Assembly: GCA_964187785.1 (NCBI GenBank)
Contig: OZ076409.1
Location: forward strand, 19,904,001-19,968,000
DNA: 64,000 nt
DNA from: Amphiscolops sp. MND2022
Lineage: Eukaryota
Direction of reading: 5' to 3'
Within the stretch, counting starts at the first letter, position 1. Each line of letters starts with the position of its first letter. The notes beneath the pieces are model-generated. The model did no database searches, was not told the origin of the DNA, and saw nothing but the letters and a program-made list of their open reading frames with translations. Below are positions 37,601 to 49,745 of this stretch, one piece after another. The position numbers and the translations under genes are program-made.

Positions 37601-40600
37601 TTCCTTTCTGTTATCTTTACCACATTGTTGGAAGCCATAATTGGCACACGTTGGAAACCTCTTTGCTCCGAATACATGCCTGTTATACTCTAAAATTCCC
37701 ATGTTATCTTCTGGTTTATCTCGCCAGAGAAAACGTGAAACTCTACATTCTTCTTTCGGAACTGCTACATGTAAAAACATAGACACTATATCGGCAGTGA
37801 TTGCTTAAGATATGTTCTCTGAACCTGAAAACATTTCCCAATAAGTTGCGCAATAAATCAGGTCCACTGAGAAGTTTATCATTCAGCGAAGTGCCTCTAA
37901 ACTTTGAACTCGTTTTACAAACTATTCTGACCTTGCCTTGCTTGTGTGGATGCTTGACAGGATGATGAGTTAACTACCATTGCATATCTCTCTCTTGTGC
38001 TGACAACTTTTTCTTGTTCCATTTTTAGATCGAAATGATGTTCAAGGACCTTTTCATAAGTAGTTTTGTAAGCTTCTTTTAATTCTTGGTCCTTACCTAA
38101 ACTTTTTTCCATTAAGAGAAACTGTTGGTAAGCAAAATAACAGTTGTCTGGCAGAAAAGGATTGTCGTCGGCCCAGAGGAGGCCTACTTCATGAATCTTC
38201 CCAAGACATCACATAAAGACGCGTTTGTCTCCATGTCCCACTATCTCTTCATGTGATCTGATAAAGGATTTGACGATACGGAATGTTTATACAAAGCTAC
38301 CATACAGTTTGTTTTTGTTTTGGGTAATGCTCTACTGACTGACAATCCCAAGCATTGTTTCCAAGCTACTGAGAAAACAGATTCCTTACCTTTCATTTTC
38401 AACAGATCAACCAAAGCTTAATCCGTAAAGGATACAGAGGATCTAGCATCACGAAGCGCTATCGTCTCAACGCTTCTATTCTCATTTCTGATTGAAACTG
38501 GTATCAACTGTAAGAAACCACTGCTTCCAATTGAAAGCAATGAAGAACCGCCGCCGGCCTTGTTTTGAGAGGGAGGGCCTTCCGTTTTCTTTTCCTTGTC
38601 GTCTCTATCGATGTTCGGCGTATCAGAGTTATAAGCATGTTGTTTTTCTTTTTGCAAATATTCACTCCACAGACACGTTCTGATTTGCAGTCTTTGATCA
38701 AATGAGAGTTTAGGTTTAAACAACAGAAGCAAAGTTTCGATTTCTTCATCGTTTCATATCTATCGTTAACAATTTGTTGTTTAAATATAGTATACATCCA
38801 AAAGATACGATCATCATCTTTTGATGGACATTGTTTATTGGGCGCCGAAATTGTTTTAATGTGATTAGTTGATACGAATGTTGAAGTCTTCGCCTATTCC
38901 GAATAGCTCTTTTTGTCTGGAAATGATCGGAATTGCACCGTCTTCGCATCGTGAACATAAGCAATTTCCTTGAGCCATTCACTGAACTTAAAGAGGTCAG
39001 CGTGGTAGTAGCCTTTGCTCTTACCCAGAAAAAACCACTTGATTTTCAATTAGACGGTGGTAACTAACTTCCTCAAACCTGAATTCAGACCGGACACTGA
39101 ACACAAATCTCTTGTAATTTTAAACTTTTTCAAGACATTGAGAGAAGTAGTGATCATTTGAGCATTCTTTATTATAGCTGTTGAGTCATGCGACTTGATA
39201 AATGGACTCAAGTATGTTTGCTTCATCTGAGCGTTCACAGTTGTTTAAGGACGTCCAAAATTAGTACCCCACGCATTCCAAAATTCATTGTACTTGATTC
39301 CTGGGTATTCGAGACCGGCGAAAGCCGCCTTGGCTTTGCCTTTAACGAGCGTTTTTAAATGACCCATTTTCGCATTGTCATCGATTGTCGCATTATGGAT
39401 GGTAGCTGTGAACAGGGTGGACCATTCCGTCCATTCAATTGGGTCTCCATGAAATCCAGATAAAATCAACTTTAGTAAACTTGTTTGAACAAAATGAGGA
39501 GCTTGCTGTACAGATACTGCTGGTGTACAGGATTGAAATTCTCTTTCAGATTTGAAGGTAAGCTTAGAAAACAGGAGTTTTGGCTTCGAGTCGCAATTTT
39601 GTTGGCGTTACAAGCTGTTTTTTGGCACAGAAAAATTAGCTTCTTTTCTCTGGAAGGACTTAGTAAGGCCTCTGCATTGAGTTCCTGGTTGTAGATTTTT
39701 TTTGGTGGGAAAATGTAGGGAACTTCTGTGACGGCTCGATTGATTCGCCTTCAGTTTCTAGTTATCTGCTAGACTCCTTCGGTTGCGAGAAGCATTCATC
39801 GAAGTCGTCAACACCAACTTTTGTTGTCGCTGTTTTTTTCCTACTCCAGAGTGAGAGAGATGAGGCTTGGACTTAATGAAGAAGCACGAATTGATACTTC
39901 AGTCCCTGTTGAGAGATCTAAACAAAACACTAAATCGACATGGTGTGAACAGCTCAATTGTTTCATGAGCCAATCACTATTTCATGTGACTTTTACAATG
40001 CAATTCATTTTCTTTGTTTGTTCACACTTTTGTCATTATTCACGGAGCAAAGTTCAGTTTTTTTTCTCCGACTTTTCTAGCAAATAGAAAACAGGTTTTG
40101 ATTACCCAACTTTAGTGAAAGAGCCTCTTCTATTTGCCATACTTGGAGTCTTTTTCATACTCTGTTTTTTCTTCAGACCTTCCAAATCGCTCTCCATTTT
40201 CCTTGGATTTTCTCTCGTTCCAACTCACGTTCTCGCTTTTCTGTTCCCATTTGCAAATTTTGATCCATCAGTTTAGCTTGAATCTCCAATCGCCTTCGCT
40301 CGCTCATTTTGGAAACATTGGATCCTGCCTCCGCCCCGGCCTTTTTTGGCGGCTCACTCATAGCTAATGTTCCAGTGAGGGAGTAAACTACTACGGAAAT
40401 CTTGTTTGGGAACCTGGAGTGACCGATTGAGGTTGACAAGACAAAACCAATCATCAGTTTTGAGGAACAGTGGTGATTGATTTGCTTATATTAGCGATTT
40501 CAAACCTTTGTCAAGCGCTTCATTCGCTTTTGTTTTTGTCAAAGCTTGAAAACCGTTCTTCTCATCTTTTGATAACTCCTAACTCTCCATACATAGTAAT

Positions 40601-40760
40601 TAAACACTTCAAAAATCGAGTCAAAGTATTGAAGAACTTTGATGATGAAAACACTTTTGGAAAACTTTCTGCAGTTTCCACAAGAAAACACTGTTTGACC
40701 CGACCTCTCGGGACGAAAGAGCAAATCTTTCATGTTTGAATAGGACTGGGATACTTGATA
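34680..40760 (-). mobile_element. Decayed BEL/Pao LTR retrotransposon (gag-PR-RT-RH-IN remnants)
   Basis: Fragmented motifs in order: FHGDPIEWTEW..KMGHLKTLVKGKAK (39245-39469), LCFCCL..H..KDC (38504-38797), YNRHVFGAK..PTCANY (37562-37786), RHPVLL (35712-35993), DDGTNFVG (35245-35517); many stops and frameshifts; ends approximate. Confidence 0.88.
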
Positions 40761-41050
40761 ACATCCGTTCTCTGCATCATTGGAATATTACTTTGGATGA
40801 TTGATATAACGGTTGAAACATAAAGAAAACCGCTGCAAAATTTTTTAGCAACAATCAAAATTCAATTCTAGACATTAGGCAAAAAGCTAATATCAACAAA
40901 ATCTTCCACAATATTAAAATTTGGTATTCGAAAGTCTATCAAAACTGATTATTTTGGCTTTTCTTGTCTCACTCTGGAACTTTGTAGCTTGGAAATCTAT
41001 TTCCCATAAAAATCAATTTTCATCATACATAAACGTGTGGCAAAACTACG

Positions 41051-41510
41051 TTTTTAGTCGGCGCTTTTCTTAATGAAAGAGCCCGATTATTACAGTTACT
41101 CGTTTTTTTTTATTTTTTAAATTTTTTTTAGTACAGACTCGAAGCGACGTTAACGTTCAACTAATGGAAACTAAATACCAGGGAAACGCATCTAAGTTTT
41201 TCCAAATGGTCCCCCCTTTGGTTTTTTTAAACGTAACCTACAAAACCGCACAGGACTAAAAGGTCCCCCCTTTCGATTTTTTTGGCAATGTGCGACTTTT
41301 TTTGAACTTTTTTTACCCCCCTTTGGTTTTTTACTCTTTTTAAACGTAGCCTACAAAACCGGTTGAGTGTAACGGGTCTCCGCTTTCGGTTTGTCTCGAC
41401 ACTGTGCGACTTTTAAAAAAAATTTTTGTCTCCAAAGGGTCAAACCCCTTCGATTTTATTTTATTTGAGCCTTAGATATAGCGCCGACTTGAGACGTTCC
41501 CGCCTTGTTT
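41051..41510 (+). mobile_element. Complete Helentron-like non-autonomous element (HINE/DINE-1-type)
   Basis: 5' TTTTT-AGTCGGCGC with nearby GCCCGA inverted copy; internal AAAGGGTCCCCC repeats; 3' GCGCCGACT subterminal IR followed by ...CTTGTTT. Confidence 0.65.
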
Positions 41511-43821
41511 GTCGTTAACTTCGTTAGAGAGGACTCGTTTTTCTGTGCAGTTTATAATAAGAGTGCGAGTACAGCAACTATTCTAAGTTGAAAAATTACC
41601 AACAACTGAGCCCTAGATTGAAAGAATCACAAATCTTACAAATTTCTCCCGAAATTTTTGCCAACATTGGTACTTATCACTACATTTTTTGCAAGATTCT
41701 GGTATCTAAAATGGAAGGGCAAAAAAAGATCTAAAGAATAGGATCTAAAGTTTTGACATGCTCAATTTCGAAAAGGAGGATGACATCTAAAATTCTGTAA
41801 TGTAATCAGATTTAAAGAATTGACATGCTCAAAATACTGGTCGCTCCTAAGATCTAATTTCTGAAAATCAACCACTGCCTAAGATCTAAAACCAAATCAT
41901 TTGAAACTAAGAGAATTTTTTTCAGGTTCGTAATAACAAACTGCATGATTATCGAAGCAAAATGGAAAAAATTGAAAAATTATGTTTTCGAGGAAAATGA
42001 ACCAGTTGGATCAAAGGCGTTTGCAAAACGAAGTCGTTAGATTCGAATAGCGGCTCTTGTTGGAAAAAAAAACAGAATATGATCTAACGCCTGCGATATA
42101 ACGTCTAAGATGTAACAATTTGGCAAGCTCATCCGTGAAATTTTTCCGAAACTTAAAATCATTGAAACACCGATACGACTGACACTCAATCTATAAAAAT
42201 AACGAACCAAAAATTATCTCACGAATTCGCAAAAACTCGACCAATGGTGTATGACAACCAATGTATGGTGTTTTTATACCAGCCTGACATCTATAAAATC
42301 GTTTCAGATTACCAGAAAAAATTGCATAGCATTGCTCACATGTTCACGGAATATTGATTTGATGTCTCTGAATTCAAGAACACAAGACTAAAAAATTGAA
42401 GAATACTGGGTGCAAATTTTCTGTTTTTACCGTTTCCGTTTGTAGCAACTTTATCCGCTGGTATCACAGTTGGGTCGTAGTGGACCTAGCATATTTTGCT
42501 ACGTACTGAATTGCAATCAGAGACGAGAGGCTTCCTAGATTTTGTCGCAAAGTCCGGAGCATGGGTTGCGACGCCGGGAAAACGCGCTATTCTCGAAAAG
42601 TTACCGTTTTTGAGGGAAAACCCATAACAGAATAACCCCGAATTGTTCAAAAAATCCAAAAATTTTGTGCTTCGTTATGCAGTTTTTGTATTCTTTTTGA
42701 AAAGTTTGTGGATTAAAAACTGACGAAGAATCCACTTGTTGCCCAGTTTTTTAAAGAGATAGCTACAGTTTGTGTTAAATCGTGCCTGAAAAGTTCCAAA
42801 AAAAGTTGAGAAATCCAAACATTGCTGATTCGGATTGTTGAATCTTCTAAGCAGTTTTCGTAAATTTTTCGAGAAACTTGGTAGGTTAGAATAATCAAAA
42901 ATTCAGAGACGAATAACTACTTATCCAGTACGCTTTCTAAAAATTATATTTGCAGTTTCTTGTTTTAAAAGTGCCACAAAACACGCCAGAACACCAAAAA
43001 TGCGAAACTTTTGACATTTTGGTTCTAATTTCTGTTAACTCTATGGACTTTTTATTGGACAAAACTTCCATTGACCCAATTTTTGAAACAAAATGCTCAG
43101 CAGGGTGCTATTTAGGAACAAAGTGGGGTATCTTGTGCTGAAAAGTTTTTAAATGTGACCACAAAGGAATCAACAATTTTGAAATTTCCAAATTGTAACG
43201 AAAGTAATCTCGAAAAAAAAACAAGAAGACTCACCATTGAAAAAATAAGCTATCGGTAGGCGTACGCAAAAACATCGGACAAATAAATTGCAAGACACAC
43301 CTATTCGCCAAACATTTTTCAATGTTTAAGCTGGTTGGTGGATATGAAAAATTAAAATTCAATAACAAACAAAATACTTGACAACAAACTCTTGAACAAA
43401 AAACCTAATTTGTCTGTTTTTTCTAAGCCACGAAATGCCCAGAAAAAGCCAAGACATTGAAAGTTTATACCAAAGCAATTGTTGAACAAATGTCTGCAAT
43501 TATCTGTTGGTGCCTTGAAATGACCTCAAAGTAGACCAAAACTTTCTAAATTTTAGTTTTTTGAAAATTTGTGAAATTTTGAAAAAATTGGTGTGTTAGA
43601 ATGTTTCAAAGGCGGCTCAATGACAAAAAAATCATGAAGAGCAGACTTAGAAGCGAAATTTTTGAAACTTTGAAAAAATAATCTAAGAACAGAAAAAATC
43701 TTTTAAAATCGCGTCCTAAACTTTTAAATATACGTCCTTTGTTATCCAATTTTTCGAATATTTTTGAGAAAGTTCGCGGATTGAAAATTGTCGACGAATC
43801 AACTGTTCGTCCGGTATGCTA

Positions 43822-44165
43822 TTTTTAGTCGGCGCTTTCCGTAGAAAAATGCAGACTATAGTAGTGACTTTCCTTTTTTTTGACCAACGAAGTGACAGAT
43901 TTTATAAGCTTTATAAGCTGGCTTCCACTAACTGCCACACTAATGTAACTTCTTCTGCTTCTAATTTTTTGGAGGATTTTTTGAGATCTGCCAAGCAAAA
44001 GGTTCGGGTTCGAGTCCCACCCATGAACAATTTTTTTTGTGCAGTTTTTCGGCTTTGTGATACTTTTTTCGCAATTTTTTTATTGTCTCCAAAGGGATGT
44101 TCAAAAACTCCCAAAGGGTCCCCTTTTACATTTTTCGGCACTATGCGACTGTTAAGAATGCTAAA
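43822..44165 (+). mobile_element. 5' part of a Helentron-like (HINE) copy
   Basis: TTTTTAGTCGGCGC start and internal CCAAAGGGTCCCC motif; 3' end missing. Confidence 0.55.
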
Positions 44166-44199
44166 TCTAGGTTTAAAACAAGTTGGTTTCAACAATATC

Positions 44200-47100
44200 T
44201 TTTCGACTGGTTCGTAGTTTCTATCGTATGTAAGTGTATTTCTTTATGAGTAAGGTATAGCAATGACTAGAACATAAATAGAGCAATCGTTAATCTAATC
44301 GTTTGTGAGTTTATTTGTCAACAACTTTGTTGCTTTTTTTAGGGTGTGACCTTCGCAAGCAACATTCCCCCCTCTTCATAAGGGTTTGTGGTTGCGGGTG
44401 TTGGTTCCGTATTATACGGTAGATTCCCAGTTTGTTTTCTTCCTTTGTCCGTATGTTACGGTATTCCTTCTCTTCATTGGTTTGTTGCGTTGTTGTCCGG
44501 CTACCCTGTAACAAATCATGGTTAGATTTGGTTCTTTTTCTATTGTTATTTGTTTGATAGGAGATACCGCCTAAATTTTCGGTTTGTTTTGCAAACGGTA
44601 ATCTTCTATATCTCCTAATGGGTGTTTTTGGTTTAGTTGTTATATGGCCATTGTTTATACCTGTTTACGGTGTTAGTCTTGTCTCTTTTGGATGGATCTG
44701 CAATTCATCCTCGACATTTGTGTGGATGGGTTTCCCATCGCTGTTGTTGTAACAGTTGAATTTGTTGAATCCAAATCCGTGATGTTTCCGGTATTCTTTT
44801 GTGGTGAGGTGAATTGCCCTTTCTCATTCCTGGGCTGGTCTTTTCTCCGTATCCAGTCATCACTATTCTCATGTGTGTCGGGTTTTGACGGTTCTTTTCT
44901 TCTGTATGAGCATGTCGCCTGGGGTTCCGTTGATTTTGAGCAAGATGGTTGTTCGGCGGCCATTTGTCGAGTATTCATCCTCTTTGTCGGTGTTGTGTTA
45001 CTCTGAAACGGTAATGGGTTGGATATTAGTTTTCTATGTATTATTTTGTTATTGTCGGTGGTAACAGTATGTTTAGTTCCCGAGATGGCTGTTTGTATTT
45101 TGTTGCTGAATTTACTGCCCAAAGAGTTCTTTTGTAGGTCTGTTCGAAAAAGGAAAAAGGACAGTTGTTTGTACTAACAGTAGTTAGCGGTTTTCTTCTT
45201 TGGGAGAAAGTCATCCCCCGTCTGTACTTCGGGTCGTTGGTCTTCTTTTTGGACATTACCAGGTGGTCGGTAATTTCGCCTGTAGAACTTCTGGTTATGT
45301 ACACAGACAGATCTTTTGAGTCGGCTGAAATAGCATTTTTTTATATTAGTTAATTTCTTCTGGGTTTCCGCCCAATGTGGAGTTCGAAAGGCGTTTTTAG
45401 TCGGCGCATTTTAGTAGAAAATGTGCCCGACTCTTACAGTGGGTAGTTTTTTAAAGACGCGTAAGGTCCACGTTTTTGTTCATTTGTTCAACAACGTCAA
45501 ACCTCAACAACTCCAACCTCAGAAGCGCGTCCAAAACGAAAAGAAAAAACAAAACAGACGTCCAGAACCTCGAAAACACACTAAGAATCCCCACATAGCC
45601 CCACTTTTTTCGGCACTATGAGACTTTCCGAAACTTTTTTGATTGCACCAAAGGGTCCCCCCTTCATTTGTTTCGATATTTTGCCACACAATGAATGTCA
45701 AAAAATCGCAAAGGGTCCTCTTTTACATTGTTCGGCACTGTGACACTGTTCAAAAATCTCATTTTTAAAAACTTTTCGTGACTTTTTTTCATGTCCCCAA
45801 AGGGTCCCCCTTCATTTTTTTGCAACCAGCTGGAGTTTCACAAAGCCCAAAGGGTCCCCCATTTTCAATTTTGAGCCTTAGATGTGGCGCCGACATTGGC
45901 CGTTCTCGTCTTGTTTGTAGTTCTGAATGGGTTGTAAATCTGAGCACGTACAGTGCTTTATCTAGGCTATTTCGGAGAATAATTCCGTCTTCTAGATTAG
46001 CTTTTGGTAAGTTCTTCAACGATTGGATAGTTCTCTCGGCCAATCCCGTGCCAGTGTGTAGGTTTGCTGTACTGTATTTGCGGATGATATTGTTTTCATC
46101 ACAGTATTTGCTAAAGTCTTTTAATATGAATGCGCTTCCCCTATCCGTTTTAATTGATTTTGGGACTCCGTCCGTAAATGTTGGTGTATTCTTGTAGGAA
46201 TGTTATCAAGGATTCGTGGTTAGTATTTTTGCAAATTTTTGCTACCGGCCATCAGCTATTGCTGTCGACGGCGACCAATTTGAAACGGGAGTGGTCAAAA
46301 TGTTTGCTATTCAAGTTTCCGGTAAAATCCGTTTGAATTTCTTCACCTGGGTTTTTTGGTGATTCTATTTTTGGTTTTTCGGTACTAGGTATTTGACATT
46401 TTAGATTCTTACCGAAATTTAGGTAGGCGGACCAGGTTTTTGCCTTTCTCTCAATGTCGGCTCGCATGTTTGGCCACCAGAATATGGCTGCATCTGCACA
46501 CATTTTGTTGATTCCGGGGTGTCCGAAATTGAGTGCATTTAATGCCGCGTATCTGAGACTCTTCGGGACGATAACTCTGTCGTCGAACATGGTAATCCCC
46601 CAGCGGTGGATGAGTCTCTTTCTGATCGGCTTATAAGCTTCTGGGGCTTGGCTGAGATTATTGTCTTCAATACAACATTGTAGTTCAATCAGGTCCGGAT
46701 CTGCGGCGATTTCTTTAATCAGGGTTCGAGGTCGAGCATCAAATCCAATTCTGCCGCTCTAACATTATCTTCTTGTTGTTTGTTTCTGTCGTCTTTGTTT
46801 TCTATGATTCGATTACTGCGTACGTAGCGTACCGCGACTTCTTCTATTGGCCCGTCTCTAAATTCTTGTTCCGGAATGGCCGGATATGCGCCGGGATCCT
46901 GAGTTGTTACGGGGTCTTCAGGAGTGGAAGAGGTCGTCGACTTAGTTTCTCCTTGGTTTCAATCGGTGTTTCTACTGATTTGGCGGGTTCTTGTTGTTCT
47001 CGTGGTGGTTGGTCTCCAAAATTTTTGAAATATCCTCCGCCAATGTGTGTTGTTCGGTGTTCTTTTTTCCGTTTTAGCCGTAGATCAATTTGTTTTACTT

Positions 47101-49745
47101 CTTTTCGTTCTTCTTCGTCCGGTTTTCTAGGTACTAAAATTTGTCTCTCTAGTTTCTTGTTGTAGTTGTGGCGCATATTTCCCGGTTTTGTCAATGCAAT
47201 TTGACGTTTCACTAAGTCTCTGTTTTCCGGTGAGTTGTCTCTTCTTTTTAATATTTTCATGATTGTGCCATCCGCGCCCCAATGGTATTTCAATCTTCCT
47301 TCTTCGTCTCTCGGGTATCTCTCCGGTTCTTGATTGTCTTCATTGTTGTTGTTGTTGTCCATTATTTGGTTCTTTTCTGATTGAGAAAGTATGTAATTGT
47401 TTGTCACGGTGCGATTATTCCAATTAGAGGTCGTGTGAAAATTTGAATGATTGTTTATTTTGTTGCAGCGCGTACCAGTCTGATTGCGTCGCGTACCATG
47501 CATGACTGCCGTGTTAGTGGAATCTGATTGGTTGAAAATCCGACCAATGCGGTAATACATCAGCGCAAGCTGCGTGATGGCGTTTATCACGAATTCTTTT
47601 TCGTAATTTTCTTCCGGTTCGCTATTTTGAAGGGGTTTCTACTGATGAAGTCCGTGAAATTATTTACTTTTCCCGTAGTGTGTTTTAATGTAATGTCAAA
47701 GTGGGTTAGTCTATCAAGCCACTGGGTTGGTCGGGCGCTAAATAGTTTGTTCGATTTGTTCTTTTTCAGGAGCGGTTCCAAAGTTTGGTGGTCGGAGAAT
47801 AGTTAAATCTGTTTTCCGAACAAGTGAAATCCAAATCGTTCCAAGCCCCAGACTACCGCTAGTAGTTCTAGTTCTCCGACTGAATATTTGTTTCTGCGTC
47901 GTTTAGGTAACAGCTTGCAAAGGCTTTTGGTTTTAGGTCTCCGTTGGTTTGTTTCTGCAACAGTGCTATTCCGAGTCCGGTACCGCAAGCATCGGTGGTG
48001 ACGATATTTTCTTTGTTTCCGTTGTATTGTGTGAGGCACGGTTGGGAAGTTAATTCTCTCATGATATTATTGAAGTCGGTGTTTCGTTCCTCTGTCCATT
48101 CCCATTTCGTTCCTTTCTTGAGCAGTTGTCTCAAATTGTCGGTTTTCTCGGATAAGTTCGGTATGAATTTTGCAAAGTATTGGATTGCCCCTAAGAAGGA
48201 TTTTAGTGTTTTTGTATTTGTCGGGGGGTTTAATTTGTTTATTGCTTCCGTTTTTCTTTGTTCGGCCTTATTCCATCTTGAGCGATGGTGTGTCCCAGCC
48301 AAACTGTTTCGTTTAGATAGAATTTTGATTTTTTTTCTTGCTCGCTTTGTAGCATTCATTTTCTAATTTTGTGAGTACTGATTCCATTTTTTTGGTGTGT
48401 TCTTCTTTCGTACCTCGTGTGACGACTATGGTGTTTCGTGTCCGAGCGTGCGGTCTATTTTCTCTAGGAATATTGTAGGTATGTCTGCCGGGCCGTAGAA
48501 TCCTTTTCGGAAGCGGTAGTATCCGTTGATTTTCTCTCCTGTAATCGCGAAATTGCAATGTTTGCTTGTTTCGGGTGCTAGCTTCATTTGGCCGTATGCA
48601 TAGTCCAAGTCTATTATGGATATTCAAATTGGAGTGTCGTTTTTCGATAATTCCGCGGATATTTGGTTAAGTAGCTCATCCATGTTCGGCATGTGTGGTC
48701 TTTTCTTTATGCAGCTGTCATTTAGTTTTCTAGCGTCTAGTGCAATTTTGACGGATTTGTCCTTCTTTAGCGTAATTACTACGGGTGATACGAAACAATC
48801 TTCATCAATGGTTTCTAATCTTTCCAGGTGTCCGGATTCTACTCTTTTTTTACATCTTCTTATAGGTGGTAGGGTATTGGTCGCGCTTTTTGTTGTATTA
48901 GGTAGCAACCCGGTTTTATTTGTATTCTGACTTCAGCGCTCTTTATTGTGTGGTTAGTGGTGAAGAGCTTGTGGTACTTTTTGTATATGTTTTCAGATTG
49001 GTCGGTTTCGTTGTCCAATGTGATCTTGTTTATTGGTATTGGCAGTTGTTTTAGCCAATTTACTTCCAGTAGTGGTGTGATATTATTTCGTTTGGTAATC
49101 AGCTTCGGTAATTTGGTTGATATCCCATTGTATTCCACAGTTACCCATGTTTTCCCCAAAAATTCGATTTCGTTTTATTTTACGTCTTGATATCTTTCTT
49201 TCATTTGTTTGATTTCTTTTGTGTTGTGTATTTTCTGGTCTTATGGCATGATGGTGACAGGGGAGCCGGTGTCGATGATGAATTTTTGCTTTTTCCCGTT
49301 TGTTTTCATTTCGACACAGTAGTGGTCGTTGTTGTTGGGCAGTATCTTGTTTATTTGAGTTATTCGGCGGATTTCTTCGGGTTCGATTTCTTCTTCCTCT
49401 GAACTTGCGTCTTCCACGGAGTTGATTCTTCTTTGGTCGTTTTTGTTTTGTTTGCTACGGCATACTCGTGCGAAATGGCCCATTTATTGGCAGTTGTTGC
49501 ATTTCGCGTTTTTTGCCGGGCATGTATGTTGTGGGTTCCAATTTTGCTGTCCGCAAAATGCGCAGTTTTTTCTTTTGTGCTGTGTTACCGTATTTGTCGG
49601 TTTTGTATTTTGGTTGTATTTTCTGGGTTGGTTCTTTTTGATTTTTTTTGTCTTTTGCAAGTGCGGTTGGTATAGTAGACTGTTTGTGTCGGCGGTCGTA
49701 GCTGTTTTGTGTGATGCAGTGTAATACTTTATTTTGTATTAGACT
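44200..49745 (-). mobile_element. Decayed Ty3/Gypsy LTR retrotransposon, 5'-truncated
   Basis: Gag knuckle GHFARVC, protease FIIDTGS, RT (VSPVVI..K, LDARKLN, DYAYGQM), FLGAIQY, RNase H TTDAC.TGLG / YSVGELELLAVVW, integrase HPGI.KM / AERTIQSLK; PPT GAAGAGGGGGGAA (44365-44377) followed by TGTTG at the 3'-LTR start (44364). Confidence 0.92.
45394..45916 (+). mobile_element. Complete Helentron-like (HINE) element inserted in the Gypsy integrase
   Basis: Same termini as 41051-41510. Removing it rejoins the integrase as HSELQ-KTPFELHIGRKP across a T-run with no TSD. Confidence 0.75.
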
